Below, one piece after another: positions 1-9,300 of a stretch of 64,000 nt of DNA; position 1 is the stretch's first letter; every line of letters starts with the position of its first letter. The notes under the pieces are model-generated. The model was not told the origin of the DNA. It did not search any database and saw nothing but the letters and a program-made list of their open reading frames with translations. The DNA is from Actinomycetes bacterium. Its GTDB lineage: Bacteria; Actinomycetota; Thermoleophilia; Solirubrobacterales; JACPNS01. The stretch is from NCBI GenBank assembly GCA_023404495.1, contig JAEYBE010000026.1, positions 5,457 to 69,456 of the forward strand, written 5' to 3'. A program made the translations under genes and the position numbers.

Positions 1-907
1 GCCGGCGCTCAACGACTTGCTCGATCAGCGCCTGCGCTTCCTCGTCCTGCGCGAGCTCGGCATCGAGTTCGCGCCGCAGTGAGATCGTCGCCAGCTCCAT
101 CACTTCGTTTCTGAGGTTGCGACGCCGGCGCTCAGCGAGCGTGCCGCGCTCCTCAATGTGCGCGCGGTGCGCGTCGATCGCCTCGATCAGTTCGTCCACG
201 CCGATGTCGCTCGCCGCCTGCGTGCGGATCACCCGCGTGCGCCATCCGTCATCCGGTGTTCCCAGCGCGAGCACGCTGTTGATCTCCCGCACCAGCGTGT
301 CAGTCATCGGGTGGTCGGCTTTGTTGACGACGATGACGTCCGGGATCTCCATCACGCCGGCCTTCAGAGCTTGAACGGAGTCCCCGCTCCCCGGCATCAG
401 CGCGAGCACGATTGTGTCTGCGTGGTCGATCACGTCGACCTCCGCCTGGCCGACGCCGACAGTTTCGATCAGCACGTTGTCGCGCCCCGCCGCGTCCATC
501 AGCAGCGCAGCCTGCAGCGTCGCCTCAGAGAGTCCCCCCAGCGCGCCACGGTTGGCCATCGAGCGGATGAAGACACCAGGATCGAGGAAGTGATCGGTCA
601 AGCGGATCCGGTCGCCCAGCAGGGCACCGTGGGTGAACGGGCTTGAGGGGTCGATCGAGAGCACGGCGACGGTTTCGTCGCGCGCGCGCAGGTGCTTGGC
701 GATCGCGCCGATCAACGTCGATTTGCCAACCCCCGGCGGGCCGGTGAGTCCGACCATTTTCGCCTGACCGGTGCGCGGATAGACCTCGCGCACCAGCTCC
801 CAGCCGGCGGGATCGTTGTTCTCGACCAGCGTGATCGCGCGCGCGAGTGCGCGCTTGTCGCCGGTGACAAGTTTCTCAGCGATCTGATGTGCGCTTGCGG
901 CGGGCAT
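1..907 (-). CDS. meaB: MeaB/ArgK-type G3E GTPase (methylmalonyl-CoA mutase-associated); 3' end runs off the left window edge
   Basis: Absent from the ORF track because no stop lies in the window. Hand translation of the minus strand from ATG 907-905 gives MPAASAHQIAEKLVTGDKRALARAITLVEN...GLTGPPGVGKSTLI (Walker A)...LGDRIR...ETVGVGQAEV...VVNKAD (NKxD). Confidence 0.85.
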   Translation of the reverse strand, partial: MPAASAHQIAEKLVTGDKRALARAITLVENNDPAGWELVREVYPRTGQAKMVGLTGPPGVGKSTLIGAIAKHLRARDETVAVLSIDPSSPFTHGALLGDRIRLTDHFLDPGVFIRSMANRGALGGLSEATLQAALLMDAAGRDNVLIETVGVGQAEVDVIDHADTIVLALMPGSGDSVQALKAGVMEIPDVIVVNKADHPMTDTLVREINSVLALGTPDDGWRTRVIRTQAASDIGVDELIEAIDAHRAHIEERGTLAERRRRNLRNEVMELATISLRRELDAELAQDEEAQALIEQVVERR

Positions 908-971
908 CGGACGAGGATGGTAGGCGCAGCGCCGGAGGGCCGGCTCGCACCCCGTATCGTTCCCACCAGCA

Positions 972-1667
972 ATGACGCCAGATCAAGCCCAGCAGATCGT
1001 GATGAAGCCCCCCGCACCGCGCCACGGTGGCCCGCTGACGCTGCTGCGATTCATGATCAAGAATCGGCTTTTTCGCAGGCGCTACCTCGCGAGCTACGCG
1101 CGGATGTTCAACCACAAGGTGATCCACCGCCGCGCCTACGGCCGCAAGATCCACACCGACGGGCTCTGCTTCATCGGCAACAAGGTGAAGATCGAGGTCG
1201 GTCCCTTCGCACACGTGTTTTTGGACCGCTGGAGTTGGGTCGGCAACCGGACCAAGCTGCGCGCCCACGGCGGCTTCATTCGGATCGGCAGCAAGTCGGT
1301 GCTCGGCGAGGAGATCACGTTCTCTTGTTACGAAGAGATCTCGATCGGACGCGAGTGCGTGGTCGCCGACCGGGCGATGTTTATCGACTTCGACCACATC
1401 GTCGCCGACCCCGAGCAGGCGATCCGCAAGCAGGGCCTCTACAGCAAGCCGGTGCGCGTCGGCAACAACGTCTGGATCGGCTACGGGGCGTGCATCCTGC
1501 GCGGCGTGACGGTTGGCGACGGGGCGGTGATCGGCACGAACGCCGTCGTCACAAAGGACGTGCCGGCGAATGCGATCGTCGGCGGAGTGCCGGCGAAGGT
1601 GCTGCGGATGCGGGAGGAGCCGGAGCTGCTGACCTGGGAAGCCGATCCGCGGCCAGAAGGAATCTGA
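972..1667 (+). CDS. Hexapeptide-repeat (left-handed beta-helix) O-acetyltransferase
   Basis: 231-aa ORF. The C-terminal hexapeptide repeats VGNNVWIGYGACILRGVTVGDGAVIGTNAVVTKDVPANAIVGGVPAKV are typical of maltose/galactoside-type acetyltransferases. The start may be a downstream Met (1002 or 1053). Confidence 0.8.
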   Translation: MTPDQAQQIVMKPPAPRHGGPLTLLRFMIKNRLFRRRYLASYARMFNHKVIHRRAYGRKIHTDGLCFIGNKVKIEVGPFAHVFLDRWSWVGNRTKLRAHGGFIRIGSKSVLGEEITFSCYEEISIGRECVVADRAMFIDFDHIVADPEQAIRKQGLYSKPVRVGNNVWIGYGACILRGVTVGDGAVIGTNAVVTKDVPANAIVGGVPAKVLRMREEPELLTWEADPRPEGI

Positions 1668-1670
1668 GGA

Positions 1671-2858
1671 TCAGGCGCGCGTCGCGTGCGCGGACAACGC
1701 GTCCTCGTAGCGCCCGAGTGTCTGCCGCGCGATGTCCAGCCAGTCGAACGTGAGCACATGTTCTGACGCTTCCGCGATCAACCGATCGCGCAGCGCGTCG
1801 TCGGTCAGGACGTTGGAAGCCATCTCGGCGAGCTCGCCCGAATCGCGCGACGTGAAGCGCAAGCCGACCCGTTCGTTGGGCACCACTTCGCGCAGGCCGC
1901 CGACGTCCGCGACGATGCAGGGGCAGCCGCTGGCCATCGCCTCAAGCGCCACCAGTCCGAAGGGCTCGTAGATCGACGGCACGATCGTCAAATCTGCGAT
2001 CCGGTAGAGCGAGTGCAGCACGTCGTCGCCGATCCAGCCGACAAACGTGCCGTGCTGCATGAGTCCGAGCTCCTGCGCCTGGTCCTTGAGCTCCTGTTCA
2101 TGCGTACCCGAGCCGGCGATCAGGAAGCGCAGCTTGCCGACCTCCTCGATCATCTGCGGCAGGGCTTCCAGCGCGACCTGGAAGCCCTTTTCGTAAACGA
2201 GCCTGCCGACCAGCAGCACGAGCTTCTCGTCCGACGCGGCAAATGAAGCTCGCAGCTCGTCAAGGTCTGCGACCGGCTGCAGGTCGTGTGGGTCGATTCC
2301 GTTCGGGATCACGGCGACCGCGCTCTCTTCGATCGCGTAGATGTCGGCAATGTGTTCGCGCATGTACGACGAGCAGGCGATCACCACGTCGGCGCGGTTG
2401 ACAATCCACTTTTCGACGCCGTGAATGTGGCTCTGCGGGTGCTTGTCGACCCAGCCCTGGTGGCGGCCGTACTCAGTCGCGTGGATCGTCATCACCAGCG
2501 GGACGTCAAAGCGCCGCGCGAGGTGGTCGCCAGCCGTCGCCACCAGCCAGTCGTGGCCGTGGACGACGTCGAAGTCGTACTCGTCGGCGAGCGCCACGCC
2601 CGCCCCGAGCATGTCGGTGTTCATGTGCTCGATCCAGGTGACGAACTCTCCGAGGTCTCGCGGGCGCTCGGGCTCGCGGACGCGGTGCACATGTACGCCA
2701 TTGAGGACGCCTTCGTCCGGTGCCGACCCGTCGCCCCGCGTGAGCACGTGGACCTCCACGCCGAGCTCGACGAGGTTCTCGGAGAGCTTGCGCACGTGAC
2801 GCGCGAGTCCGCCTTCGATGAGCGGCGGATACTCCCAGGAGAGGATCAGAATTCGCAA
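1671..2858 (-). CDS. GT4-family (GT-B) alpha-glucosyltransferase, glycogen-synthase-like
   Basis: 395-aa ORF. The N-terminus MRILILSWEYPPLIEGGLARHV and the C-terminal SIYEPFGLVALEAMASGCPCI region are GT4 hallmarks. It is the last gene of a co-directional MT-GH57-GT4 string. Confidence 0.85.
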   Translation of the reverse strand: MRILILSWEYPPLIEGGLARHVRKLSENLVELGVEVHVLTRGDGSAPDEGVLNGVHVHRVREPERPRDLGEFVTWIEHMNTDMLGAGVALADEYDFDVVHGHDWLVATAGDHLARRFDVPLVMTIHATEYGRHQGWVDKHPQSHIHGVEKWIVNRADVVIACSSYMREHIADIYAIEESAVAVIPNGIDPHDLQPVADLDELRASFAASDEKLVLLVGRLVYEKGFQVALEALPQMIEEVGKLRFLIAGSGTHEQELKDQAQELGLMQHGTFVGWIGDDVLHSLYRIADLTIVPSIYEPFGLVALEAMASGCPCIVADVGGLREVVPNERVGLRFTSRDSGELAEMASNVLTDDALRDRLIAEASEHVLTFDWLDIARQTLGRYEDALSAHATRA

Positions 2859-2906
2859 ATCATGTACCGGTCGGGGGAAAACAGCCGGCAGGAGTTTGGC
2901 AGGCGA

Positions 2907-4280
2907 TCAGCCGTTGACCTGCGATTGGGCGCGCTCGAAGGCCGCCAGATGCTCGGCAAAGCGATGCGCGCCGTAGTCGCCGGTGCGTCCGCCGCTCTCC
3001 ATGAATGCCCAGTCGCTGGCTTGCAGAGCGAGCAGTTCGCGCTCCGCGCCGGCGGTGGCTTGGGAGCGCGCTGCTCTCTCGTCGAGCGCGAGTTCGGCGC
3101 GCCGCTGATTCCAGACCATGTCGGCAACGCGCGGCGAATCCCAGGTCTCGAGCGTCTTGTTCTTGCCCCAGCTCGAGCGCGCCAGATGCCGGTCCACAGG
3201 CTCCGCGTCGCGCGCTGCCGCGCCGAGCGTGACGAGCTCGATGCCGTAGTCGGCTGCGCGCTGCGTCACGGCCTCGAGCCACCACGGCCCTTCGTACCAC
3301 CAGTGGCCAAACAGCTCGGTATCGGCTGCGAAGACGCTCGTTCCGGGCCGCCCACGCTCGTTCGCAAACACCTCGAGCCGCGCAGCGAGCGCGCGCAAGA
3401 AGGCGTCGGCGTGCGCCTCGGCCTGGGCGTGGGCCGCCGCGGGATTCCAGCCGCGGTCGTCGTTGTCGTATGGCAACAGATCGTGGATCGTGCGCGCGAA
3501 GGTGGATCGATAGGCCCCTGCCGAGGGGTAGCCGTCCTCGCGCCACACCTGGGCGACCGTGTGCCAGTCGATCGGCAGCGCGAGCGGTCCGGCCGGCGTC
3601 GCAATCGGCTCGAGGTTCTCGAGCGCCGCCTCGCCAAGCGCGGCGGACTGGTCGACGCAGAAATACTCGACGCCGTTACGGGCAAGCGCCACATCGAGCC
3701 CACGATCCCAAGCGCACTCAGGCAGCCAGATGCCCGATGCAGCTCCGAGACGCCGGGCGTGCGACCGCATGCCCGTGGCAAGCTGGAGGTCGAGCCCATA
3801 GTCGGTCGCAAGCAGCGGAAGCACCGGGTGTGTCGCCGGACCGGCGAGCAGCTCGGCACCGCCTGCGGCGAGACTCGCGAACACCCGATTGAGGTCGCGC
3901 GCGAACTCACCTTCAAATCGGTCGATCGCTGAGCGGTAGTCGAGGAGCTGCGGCTCAAGTGCATCGGTCAGCTCTGGTCGGCCGACCTTCGGGAACGCCG
4001 CCATGTCCTCGCCGAAGACGTACTCGCGCGAATCGTTGACCCAGGCTACGAAGCGGTCTCCCGGTGCGCCCTGCATCTCCTCAAGCTGGTCGGCCAGAAC
4101 CGGCGTCACGCCGATCGTCACCGGGCGGCCACGCACGGCGTCGTGCACGCGCAGGTACGAACCGGCGATGACCTCCCAGAGCCACTGCTCGCCAAACGGC
4201 CACACGCCGTGACCAAGGACATACGGCATATGCGTGTGCAGGACGATCGCCAGGCGGCCGATCGTCGGGCGCGGGTTCAT
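2907..4280 (-). CDS. GH57-family glycoside hydrolase / alpha-glucan branching-enzyme-like protein (DUF1957 type)
   Basis: ORF track 2907..4448 trimmed to ATG 4280 (MNPRPTIGRLAIVLHTHMPYVLGHGVWPFGEQWLWE...), which lies 5 nt after the upstream stop. The N-terminal HTHMPY motif and the length fit GH57. Confidence 0.8.
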   Translation of the reverse strand: MNPRPTIGRLAIVLHTHMPYVLGHGVWPFGEQWLWEVIAGSYLRVHDAVRGRPVTIGVTPVLADQLEEMQGAPGDRFVAWVNDSREYVFGEDMAAFPKVGRPELTDALEPQLLDYRSAIDRFEGEFARDLNRVFASLAAGGAELLAGPATHPVLPLLATDYGLDLQLATGMRSHARRLGAASGIWLPECAWDRGLDVALARNGVEYFCVDQSAALGEAALENLEPIATPAGPLALPIDWHTVAQVWREDGYPSAGAYRSTFARTIHDLLPYDNDDRGWNPAAAHAQAEAHADAFLRALAARLEVFANERGRPGTSVFAADTELFGHWWYEGPWWLEAVTQRAADYGIELVTLGAAARDAEPVDRHLARSSWGKNKTLETWDSPRVADMVWNQRRAELALDERAARSQATAGAERELLALQASDWAFMESGGRTGDYGAHRFAEHLAAFERAQSQVNG

Positions 4281-4285
4281 CGGCT

Positions 4286-5086
4286 CTAGGCCCGCGGGCC
4301 GCCGCAGACGGCGACGAAGTCGAGCGCCTTGGTCAGCGACTCGTCGGTCTCGCCGCGCCGCAGCGCGAAATCTCTGGCGCTGATCGACGGCGTGAACCGG
4401 TCGTAGAACAACTTGCTGATGCGCAGACCTTTGTGCAGATCGTCCCACCGGGCGTGCCTGAGCGCCAGCTCATGCAGGCGCAGCTTGCGCGCATGAAAGA
4501 CGCCGTAGATCGTCACCTCGGTGAAGACCTCCTGACAGAGCTCGCGAAACTCGCTCGGGCGGTACTCCTTGACATGCCACGGATTTCCCGACTTCTCTGC
4601 CCCCTCTGGCGCCAGTGTGAGCAGATTTGGAGTCGAGACGAAGACCTGGCCGCCGGGCGTCAGCAGCGACGCGAAGTGCCGCAGCACGGCCGCCGGGTCC
4701 TGGACGTGCTCGATCGTCTGCAGGAAGCTGACGACGTCGACCTTCTCTGCCGGCCGGTAAGTCTCGATCAGGTCGCGGACGATAGAGATCTTCTCGCTGC
4801 CGTACTTCGCTTTGGCGTGCTCGTAGGCCTCGGGGTTTGCGTCCACGCCGATCACGCTGGCGGCCCGGCGTGCAAGCACCTCGGTGCCGTAGCCCTCTCC
4901 GCAGGCCATGTCGACCACGCTCTTGCCGGCCACGCGCTCGGCGATCCATTCGTAGACCACGAGGTGGCGGCGGTACCAGTAGTTCTCCTCGGGCAGATCT
5001 GGCAGTGTTCGCTCGCCGGTCAGCTCCAGCGGCGGCACGCCGTCGGGCTGGTTTAGCTGAATGAACTTTTCGGCGACTTCGGGCAT
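4286..5086 (-). CDS. Class I SAM-dependent methyltransferase
   Basis: ORF track 4286..5269 trimmed to ATG 5086 (MPEVAEKFIQL...). SAM motif I is VVDMACGEGYG, followed by VIGVDAN. The longer version would overlap the divergent gene. Confidence 0.75.
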   Translation of the reverse strand: MPEVAEKFIQLNQPDGVPPLELTGERTLPDLPEENYWYRRHLVVYEWIAERVAGKSVVDMACGEGYGTEVLARRAASVIGVDANPEAYEHAKAKYGSEKISIVRDLIETYRPAEKVDVVSFLQTIEHVQDPAAVLRHFASLLTPGGQVFVSTPNLLTLAPEGAEKSGNPWHVKEYRPSEFRELCQEVFTEVTIYGVFHARKLRLHELALRHARWDDLHKGLRISKLFYDRFTPSISARDFALRRGETDESLTKALDFVAVCGGPRA

Positions 5087-5095
5087 CGGCGCCGC

Positions 5096-5103
5096 ACTAT
5101 AGT
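5096..5103. promoter_or_regulatory. Palindromic -10-like element ACTATAGT in a 27-bp divergent intergenic gap (candidate bidirectional promoter core)
   Basis: TATAGT reads on both strands. It lies 10 nt upstream of ATG 5114 (+) and 9 nt upstream of ATG 5086 (-). No room remains for a conventional leader or SD. Confidence 0.3.
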
Positions 5104-5113
5104 TGCGCCCCCT

Positions 5114-6049
5114 ATGGCCCTCACCGCACAAGAGATCAAAGACTTCAACATCTCCTACCACGACGCCGCCGCCGAGGAGTACGACGCCAAGTGGGGCATC
5201 GACTACGGCGAGATCGGACAGTCGCAGGTACGAATCAAGACCGCCAAGGTGCTCGGTAAAGACGCGCACTTTGAGCGGGCGCTGGAGATCGGCTCAGGCA
5301 CCGGCTACCTCTCACTGAACATGATGCTCGCGGGGATGATCGACGAGGTCGTCTGCACCGACATCTCAGAGGGCATGCTCAGCGTCGTCGAGAACTCCGC
5401 CGAACGCCTCGGCCTTGGCGACCGGGTGACGACCGTTCACACCGAGGCCGAGGGCCTGCCGTTCCCCGATGAGTCGTTTGACCTTGTGTTCGGCCACGCG
5501 ATCATCCACCACCTACCCGACCTGCAGGAATCGTTCAACGAGTTCTTCCGCGTTTTGAAGCCCGGCGGCACGGTGTTCTTCGCCGGTGAGCCCTCCGAGC
5601 GTGGCGACAAGATCGCCCGCCTGCCAAAACAGGTCGGCCACCGCCTCTCCCCGGTCTGGAGAAAAGCGCTCGGCGTCGGTCAGCTCTCGAAGCAGGAGGC
5701 CGCGAAGGTCGCCGCCGGCGAGCGCTCGAAGGAGCACATCGAGGGCCACGCCGTCGAGCACCTGGTCGACATCCACGCCTTCCGTCCCGGTGATCTTTCG
5801 CGCTACGCCAAGAATGCTGGCTTTGGCGACGTCCGGGTGATCGGCGAAGAACTCTCGGCCAATTGGTTCGGCTGGTTCAACCGCGCGCTCGAAGCGGATG
5901 GCATCCCCGAGGACATCCCCTGGGGCTGGCGCCAGTACGCCTACCGCGGCTACCTCGGCTTCCAGTGGTTTGACCGCACCGCGCTGGAGGGCCGCCTGCC
6001 GGCGAGCATCTTCTACAACCTGATGATCGGGGCGGTCAAGCCCGAGTAG
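5114..6049 (+). CDS. Class I SAM-dependent methyltransferase
   Basis: 311-aa ORF with SAM motif I ALEIGSGTGYL, acidic loop CTDISEGM, and FDLVFGHAIIHHL. Confidence 0.8.
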   Translation: MALTAQEIKDFNISYHDAAAEEYDAKWGIDYGEIGQSQVRIKTAKVLGKDAHFERALEIGSGTGYLSLNMMLAGMIDEVVCTDISEGMLSVVENSAERLGLGDRVTTVHTEAEGLPFPDESFDLVFGHAIIHHLPDLQESFNEFFRVLKPGGTVFFAGEPSERGDKIARLPKQVGHRLSPVWRKALGVGQLSKQEAAKVAAGERSKEHIEGHAVEHLVDIHAFRPGDLSRYAKNAGFGDVRVIGEELSANWFGWFNRALEADGIPEDIPWGWRQYAYRGYLGFQWFDRTALEGRLPASIFYNLMIGAVKPE

Positions 6050-6055
6050 CCCGCG

Positions 6056-6382
6056 CTACGCGCTGGGCGGGCCGACTTGGATCGGGAAGCCGCGCGAGGC
6101 CCAGGCGGTGATCCCGCCGTCGAGGTTGTACGCGGTCGAGCCTGGATGCTGCTGCTCGTAGATTGCCGAGGCGACCTGAGAGCGCTGTCCCGTGGCGCAT
6201 TGGAAGATCACCTTCTCGTGCTGATCGACCAGCGAGGGGTCGCCCTCGTAGTCGGTCAAGGGGACCAGCCGCGCGCCTTCGATGCGCATCTCCTCCCACT
6301 CGTACTCCTCGCGGCAGTCGATCATCACCGCGTGTTCGTCTTCGACAAGCCTGTGGGCTTCCTGAGCAGAAACGTTTTCCAT
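6056..6382 (-). CDS. Single-domain rhodanese (sulfurtransferase)
   Basis: ORF track 6056..6460 trimmed to ATG 6382 (MENVSAQEAHRLVEDEHAVMIDCREEYEW...). Active-site loop is QCATGQRS. Confidence 0.75.
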   Translation of the reverse strand: MENVSAQEAHRLVEDEHAVMIDCREEYEWEEMRIEGARLVPLTDYEGDPSLVDQHEKVIFQCATGQRSQVASAIYEQQHPGSTAYNLDGGITAWASRGFPIQVGPPSA

Positions 6383-6392
6383 GCGCGCGAGA

Positions 6393-7499
6393 TTAGGCGG
6401 TGGTCTCGGACAGCCGGTCGATCGCAGCGCCGAAGAATGCGTTCTCCTCGTCGCTCCCACAGGTCACGCGAAACGCGCCAGGTGCGCCAAAGCCCGAGAG
6501 CTCGCGCACCGCAACCCCCAGCCGCAGCAGCCGCTTCTCGACATCCTTGCCGCTCCCTCCGGCGGCCTCGGCGAAGACGAAGTTCGTGCGCGAAGCGATC
6601 GGCTTGTGGCCGGCCAGCGAGAGGTACTTGAAGATCTGCGTGCGTGCCTCTTTGACGTGGTCGACGCGCCGCCAGACCTCGGCCTGATCCGAGAGCGCAG
6701 CCAGCGCAGCTCGCTGGGCCAGAGCGTTGACGTTGAAAATGCTGCGCATGCGATCGACCGCAGAAACCACTTCCGGCGATCCCAGCCCGTAGCCGATACG
6801 CAGCCCCGCAAGCCCGTAGACCTTGCTGAATGTGCGAAGCACAAGCAGGTTCGGCACGCCCTCGCGCACGAGCTGCGCGCCCTCGGGCTCCTCGTCGCCC
6901 GAGGCAAATTCCGCGTAGGCCTCATCAAGTACGCAAAGCACGTGTTCGGGAAGGCTCGCGAGAAACTCGCGAATCTGCGCCCGCGTGGCCAGCTTGCCGG
7001 TGGGATTGTTGGGGTTGCAGACGTAGACGATCCGCGTGGTCGGGAAGATCGCAGCGCGCATCGCTGCAAAGTCGATCTCCCAGTCGCTGGTCAGCTCGAC
7101 GGGCCGGGCCTCAGCACCGGTCGTTGCGCAGGCGGCGACATATGTCGGAAACGACGGCCAGGGGAAGATCCCGTTGTCGCCCGTCTCCAGAACCGTCATC
7201 GCCGCCAGGCGAATCAGCTCGTCGGCGCCGTTGCCGAGCACGACATTCTCCGGCCCCAGCCCGAGCAGCGCGCCGATCCCAGATTTCAGCTCCGGCGCTG
7301 CCGAGTCCGGATAGCGCCGCAGTTCATCGGGGTCGTACTCGTCGAAGATCGCCGCTCGCGCTGCCGGAGTCGGGCCGAACGCCCCTTCGTTGGACGCGAG
7401 TTTGTAGATCTTCTCGATGCCGAGCTCGGCCTGAAGGCGCTCGACCGGCGGCTGCGCGACGTACGGTCGAAGCTCGCCGACATGTCGCTTGAACGGCAA
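6393..7499 (-). CDS. hisC: Histidinol-phosphate / aromatic aminotransferase (class II)
   Basis: 368-aa ORF with LASNEGAFGP, VYVCNPNNPTG, LDEAYAEF and the PLP-lysine motif RTFSKVYGLAGLRIGY. Confidence 0.8.
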   Translation of the reverse strand: MPFKRHVGELRPYVAQPPVERLQAELGIEKIYKLASNEGAFGPTPAARAAIFDEYDPDELRRYPDSAAPELKSGIGALLGLGPENVVLGNGADELIRLAAMTVLETGDNGIFPWPSFPTYVAACATTGAEARPVELTSDWEIDFAAMRAAIFPTTRIVYVCNPNNPTGKLATRAQIREFLASLPEHVLCVLDEAYAEFASGDEEPEGAQLVREGVPNLLVLRTFSKVYGLAGLRIGYGLGSPEVVSAVDRMRSIFNVNALAQRAALAALSDQAEVWRRVDHVKEARTQIFKYLSLAGHKPIASRTNFVFAEAAGGSGKDVEKRLLRLGVAVRELSGFGAPGAFRVTCGSDEENAFFGAAIDRLSETTA

Positions 7500-7509
7500 T
7501 TGCCCGCCT

Positions 7510-8274
7510 CTAACGGGACCCGGCGCGTTTGAACGCCCAGCCCGTGGTTGGCACAGCTACCGCGAGGATCGCCACACACCAGATCAGCGCCGCGATGATC
7601 GCGTTCCCGGCCGGGATCCCAGTCGTCAGAGCGCGAGTCGCATCGATCACCTGGGTGACGGGCTGGTTCTCGGCGAAGGCCTGAAGCCCAGCCGGCATCG
7701 TGCTCGGCTCGACGAAAGCTGAACTCGCGAACGTCAGCGGCAGAATGATGATGAAAGAGATCTGTTGCAGGGCCTCGACGTTCGGCACGAATATCGCCAA
7801 GAGGGCGCCGATCCACGAAATTGCGAAGCTGAAGACGATCAGAATGCCGATCGCCGCCGCCCAGTCGACGGCCCCTCCAGTCGGCCGATAACCAACAAGA
7901 AGGCCCACCAGAACCATCACGAAGAGGGTGAAGATCGCACGCAAGGCGTCGGCGATCGTGCGGCCGATGATGATCGCCGGGCGCGACATCGGCAGGGTGA
8001 AGAACCGCTCGACGATCCCCTTGTCGAGGTCGTACGCCAGCGAGATCGCCGTCGTCAGGCCGCCGAATGCGATCGTCTGGACGAAGATCCCGGCCATCAG
8101 GAAGTTCACGTAGCTCGTTCCGCCGACGTCAATTGCGCCGCCGAAGACGTAGCGAAACAACAGCACGAACATGATCGGCGAGACGGTTACTCCGACGAGG
8201 ATCTCCGGACTTCGGAAGGTGTGCTTCACCGACCTGCGGAAGAGCAGCAATGTGTCGCTGACGAGATTGCTCAT
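7510..8274 (-). CDS. ABC-2 type exporter permease (DrrB-like)
   Basis: 254-aa ORF, hydrophobic throughout (about 6 TM helices). It overlaps the upstream ATPase gene by 4 nt. Confidence 0.75.
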   Translation of the reverse strand: MSNLVSDTLLLFRRSVKHTFRSPEILVGVTVSPIMFVLLFRYVFGGAIDVGGTSYVNFLMAGIFVQTIAFGGLTTAISLAYDLDKGIVERFFTLPMSRPAIIIGRTIADALRAIFTLFVMVLVGLLVGYRPTGGAVDWAAAIGILIVFSFAISWIGALLAIFVPNVEALQQISFIIILPLTFASSAFVEPSTMPAGLQAFAENQPVTQVIDATRALTTGIPAGNAIIAALIWCVAILAVAVPTTGWAFKRAGSR

Positions 8275-9263
8275 GCGTCGCCCGCCTCATCCTGTTCGTC
8301 GACGACGTGCTCGCCGGTGAGGGTCAGGAACACGTCATCGAGCGTCGGTCGGTGGACCAGCACCTCGTCGAGTGTCACTCCACCGGTGTCGAGCAGATCG
8401 ATCAGGCGAGCCACCTGTGTGGGTCCGTCGGTCAAGGCCACGGTGATACGGCCCTCACGATCTTCGCTGTCGACAACCTCGACCGCTTTGCCCTCGAGTA
8501 GTTGCCTCGCCCTCGCGAGCGCCCCGTCCCCAGAGACCTTGAACTCAAGTCGTTGGCCGCCGACCTCGTCCTTCAACTCGTCCGACGTGCCGCGCGCGAT
8601 CACCGTCCCGTGATCGATCACGACGATCTCGTCGGCGAGTTGGTCGGCCTCGTCGAGGTACTGGGTCGTGAGCAGAACCGTCGTGCCGCGATCGACCAGT
8701 TTCTGAATCTGCTCCCACATGCCGATGCGGCTGCGCGGATCGAGGCCGGTCGTCGGCTCGTCGAGAAAGAGAATTTCGGGGTCCGCGATCATGCCCGCCG
8801 CCAAATCCAGCCGTCGTCGCATTCCGCCCGAATAGGTGCCAGCGTTTCGATCGGCCGCGTCCACCAGGTCAAATTGCGACAGCAGGTTCTCCGCACGCTG
8901 CTGCGCGTCGCTCTTGGTCAGCCGCGCGAGCCGGCCGATCATCACAAGGTTTTCGCGACCCGTCAGGAGTTCGTCAACCGCCGTGTCCTGACCGGTCAGG
9001 CCGATCTTGCGGCGCACGCCATTGGGATCGTCCGCGACATCCACCCCGCCGACACTGGCGCTGCCGCCGTCGATCGAGAGGAGCGTCGTGAGCATGCGCA
9101 CGGCGGTCGTCTTGCCAGCGCCATTTGGACCGAGCAGTGCGGTCACCGTCCCGCGCGGCACCTCAAGATCAACGCCGGCGACCGCCTTCGTCTCGCCGAA
9201 GCTCTTGGTCAGTCCCTGCGCGCTGATGGCGATCTCGTTGGCGATATTTCCTGCGTCCTGCAT
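8271..9263 (-). CDS. ABC transporter ATP-binding protein (DrrA-like)
   Basis: ORF track 8271..9518 trimmed to ATG 9263 (MQDAGNIANEIAISAQGLTKSFG...). Walker A GPNGAGKTT, signature YSGGMRRRL, Walker B ILFLDEPTTGLD. Confidence 0.85.
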   Translation of the reverse strand: MQDAGNIANEIAISAQGLTKSFGETKAVAGVDLEVPRGTVTALLGPNGAGKTTAVRMLTTLLSIDGGSASVGGVDVADDPNGVRRKIGLTGQDTAVDELLTGRENLVMIGRLARLTKSDAQQRAENLLSQFDLVDAADRNAGTYSGGMRRRLDLAAGMIADPEILFLDEPTTGLDPRSRIGMWEQIQKLVDRGTTVLLTTQYLDEADQLADEIVVIDHGTVIARGTSDELKDEVGGQRLEFKVSGDGALARARQLLEGKAVEVVDSEDREGRITVALTDGPTQVARLIDLLDTGGVTLDEVLVHRPTLDDVFLTLTGEHVVDEQDEAGDA

Positions 9264-9300
9264 CGGAGACCGATCATAGGGAGCGGTTCGGAAACACCGG

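Noticed and set aside
2286-3932. 548-aa plus-strand ORF. Similar long ORFs occur at 8502-9560, 16550-18223, 18683-20080, 22606-23775, 27394-28857, 33668-35167, 58198-59520 and 62458-63462.
   Set aside because: All are antisense to genes with clear family motifs. They are Arg/Ala/Gly/Asp-rich low-complexity translations of the kind GC-rich DNA produces, and they lack any recognisable motif.
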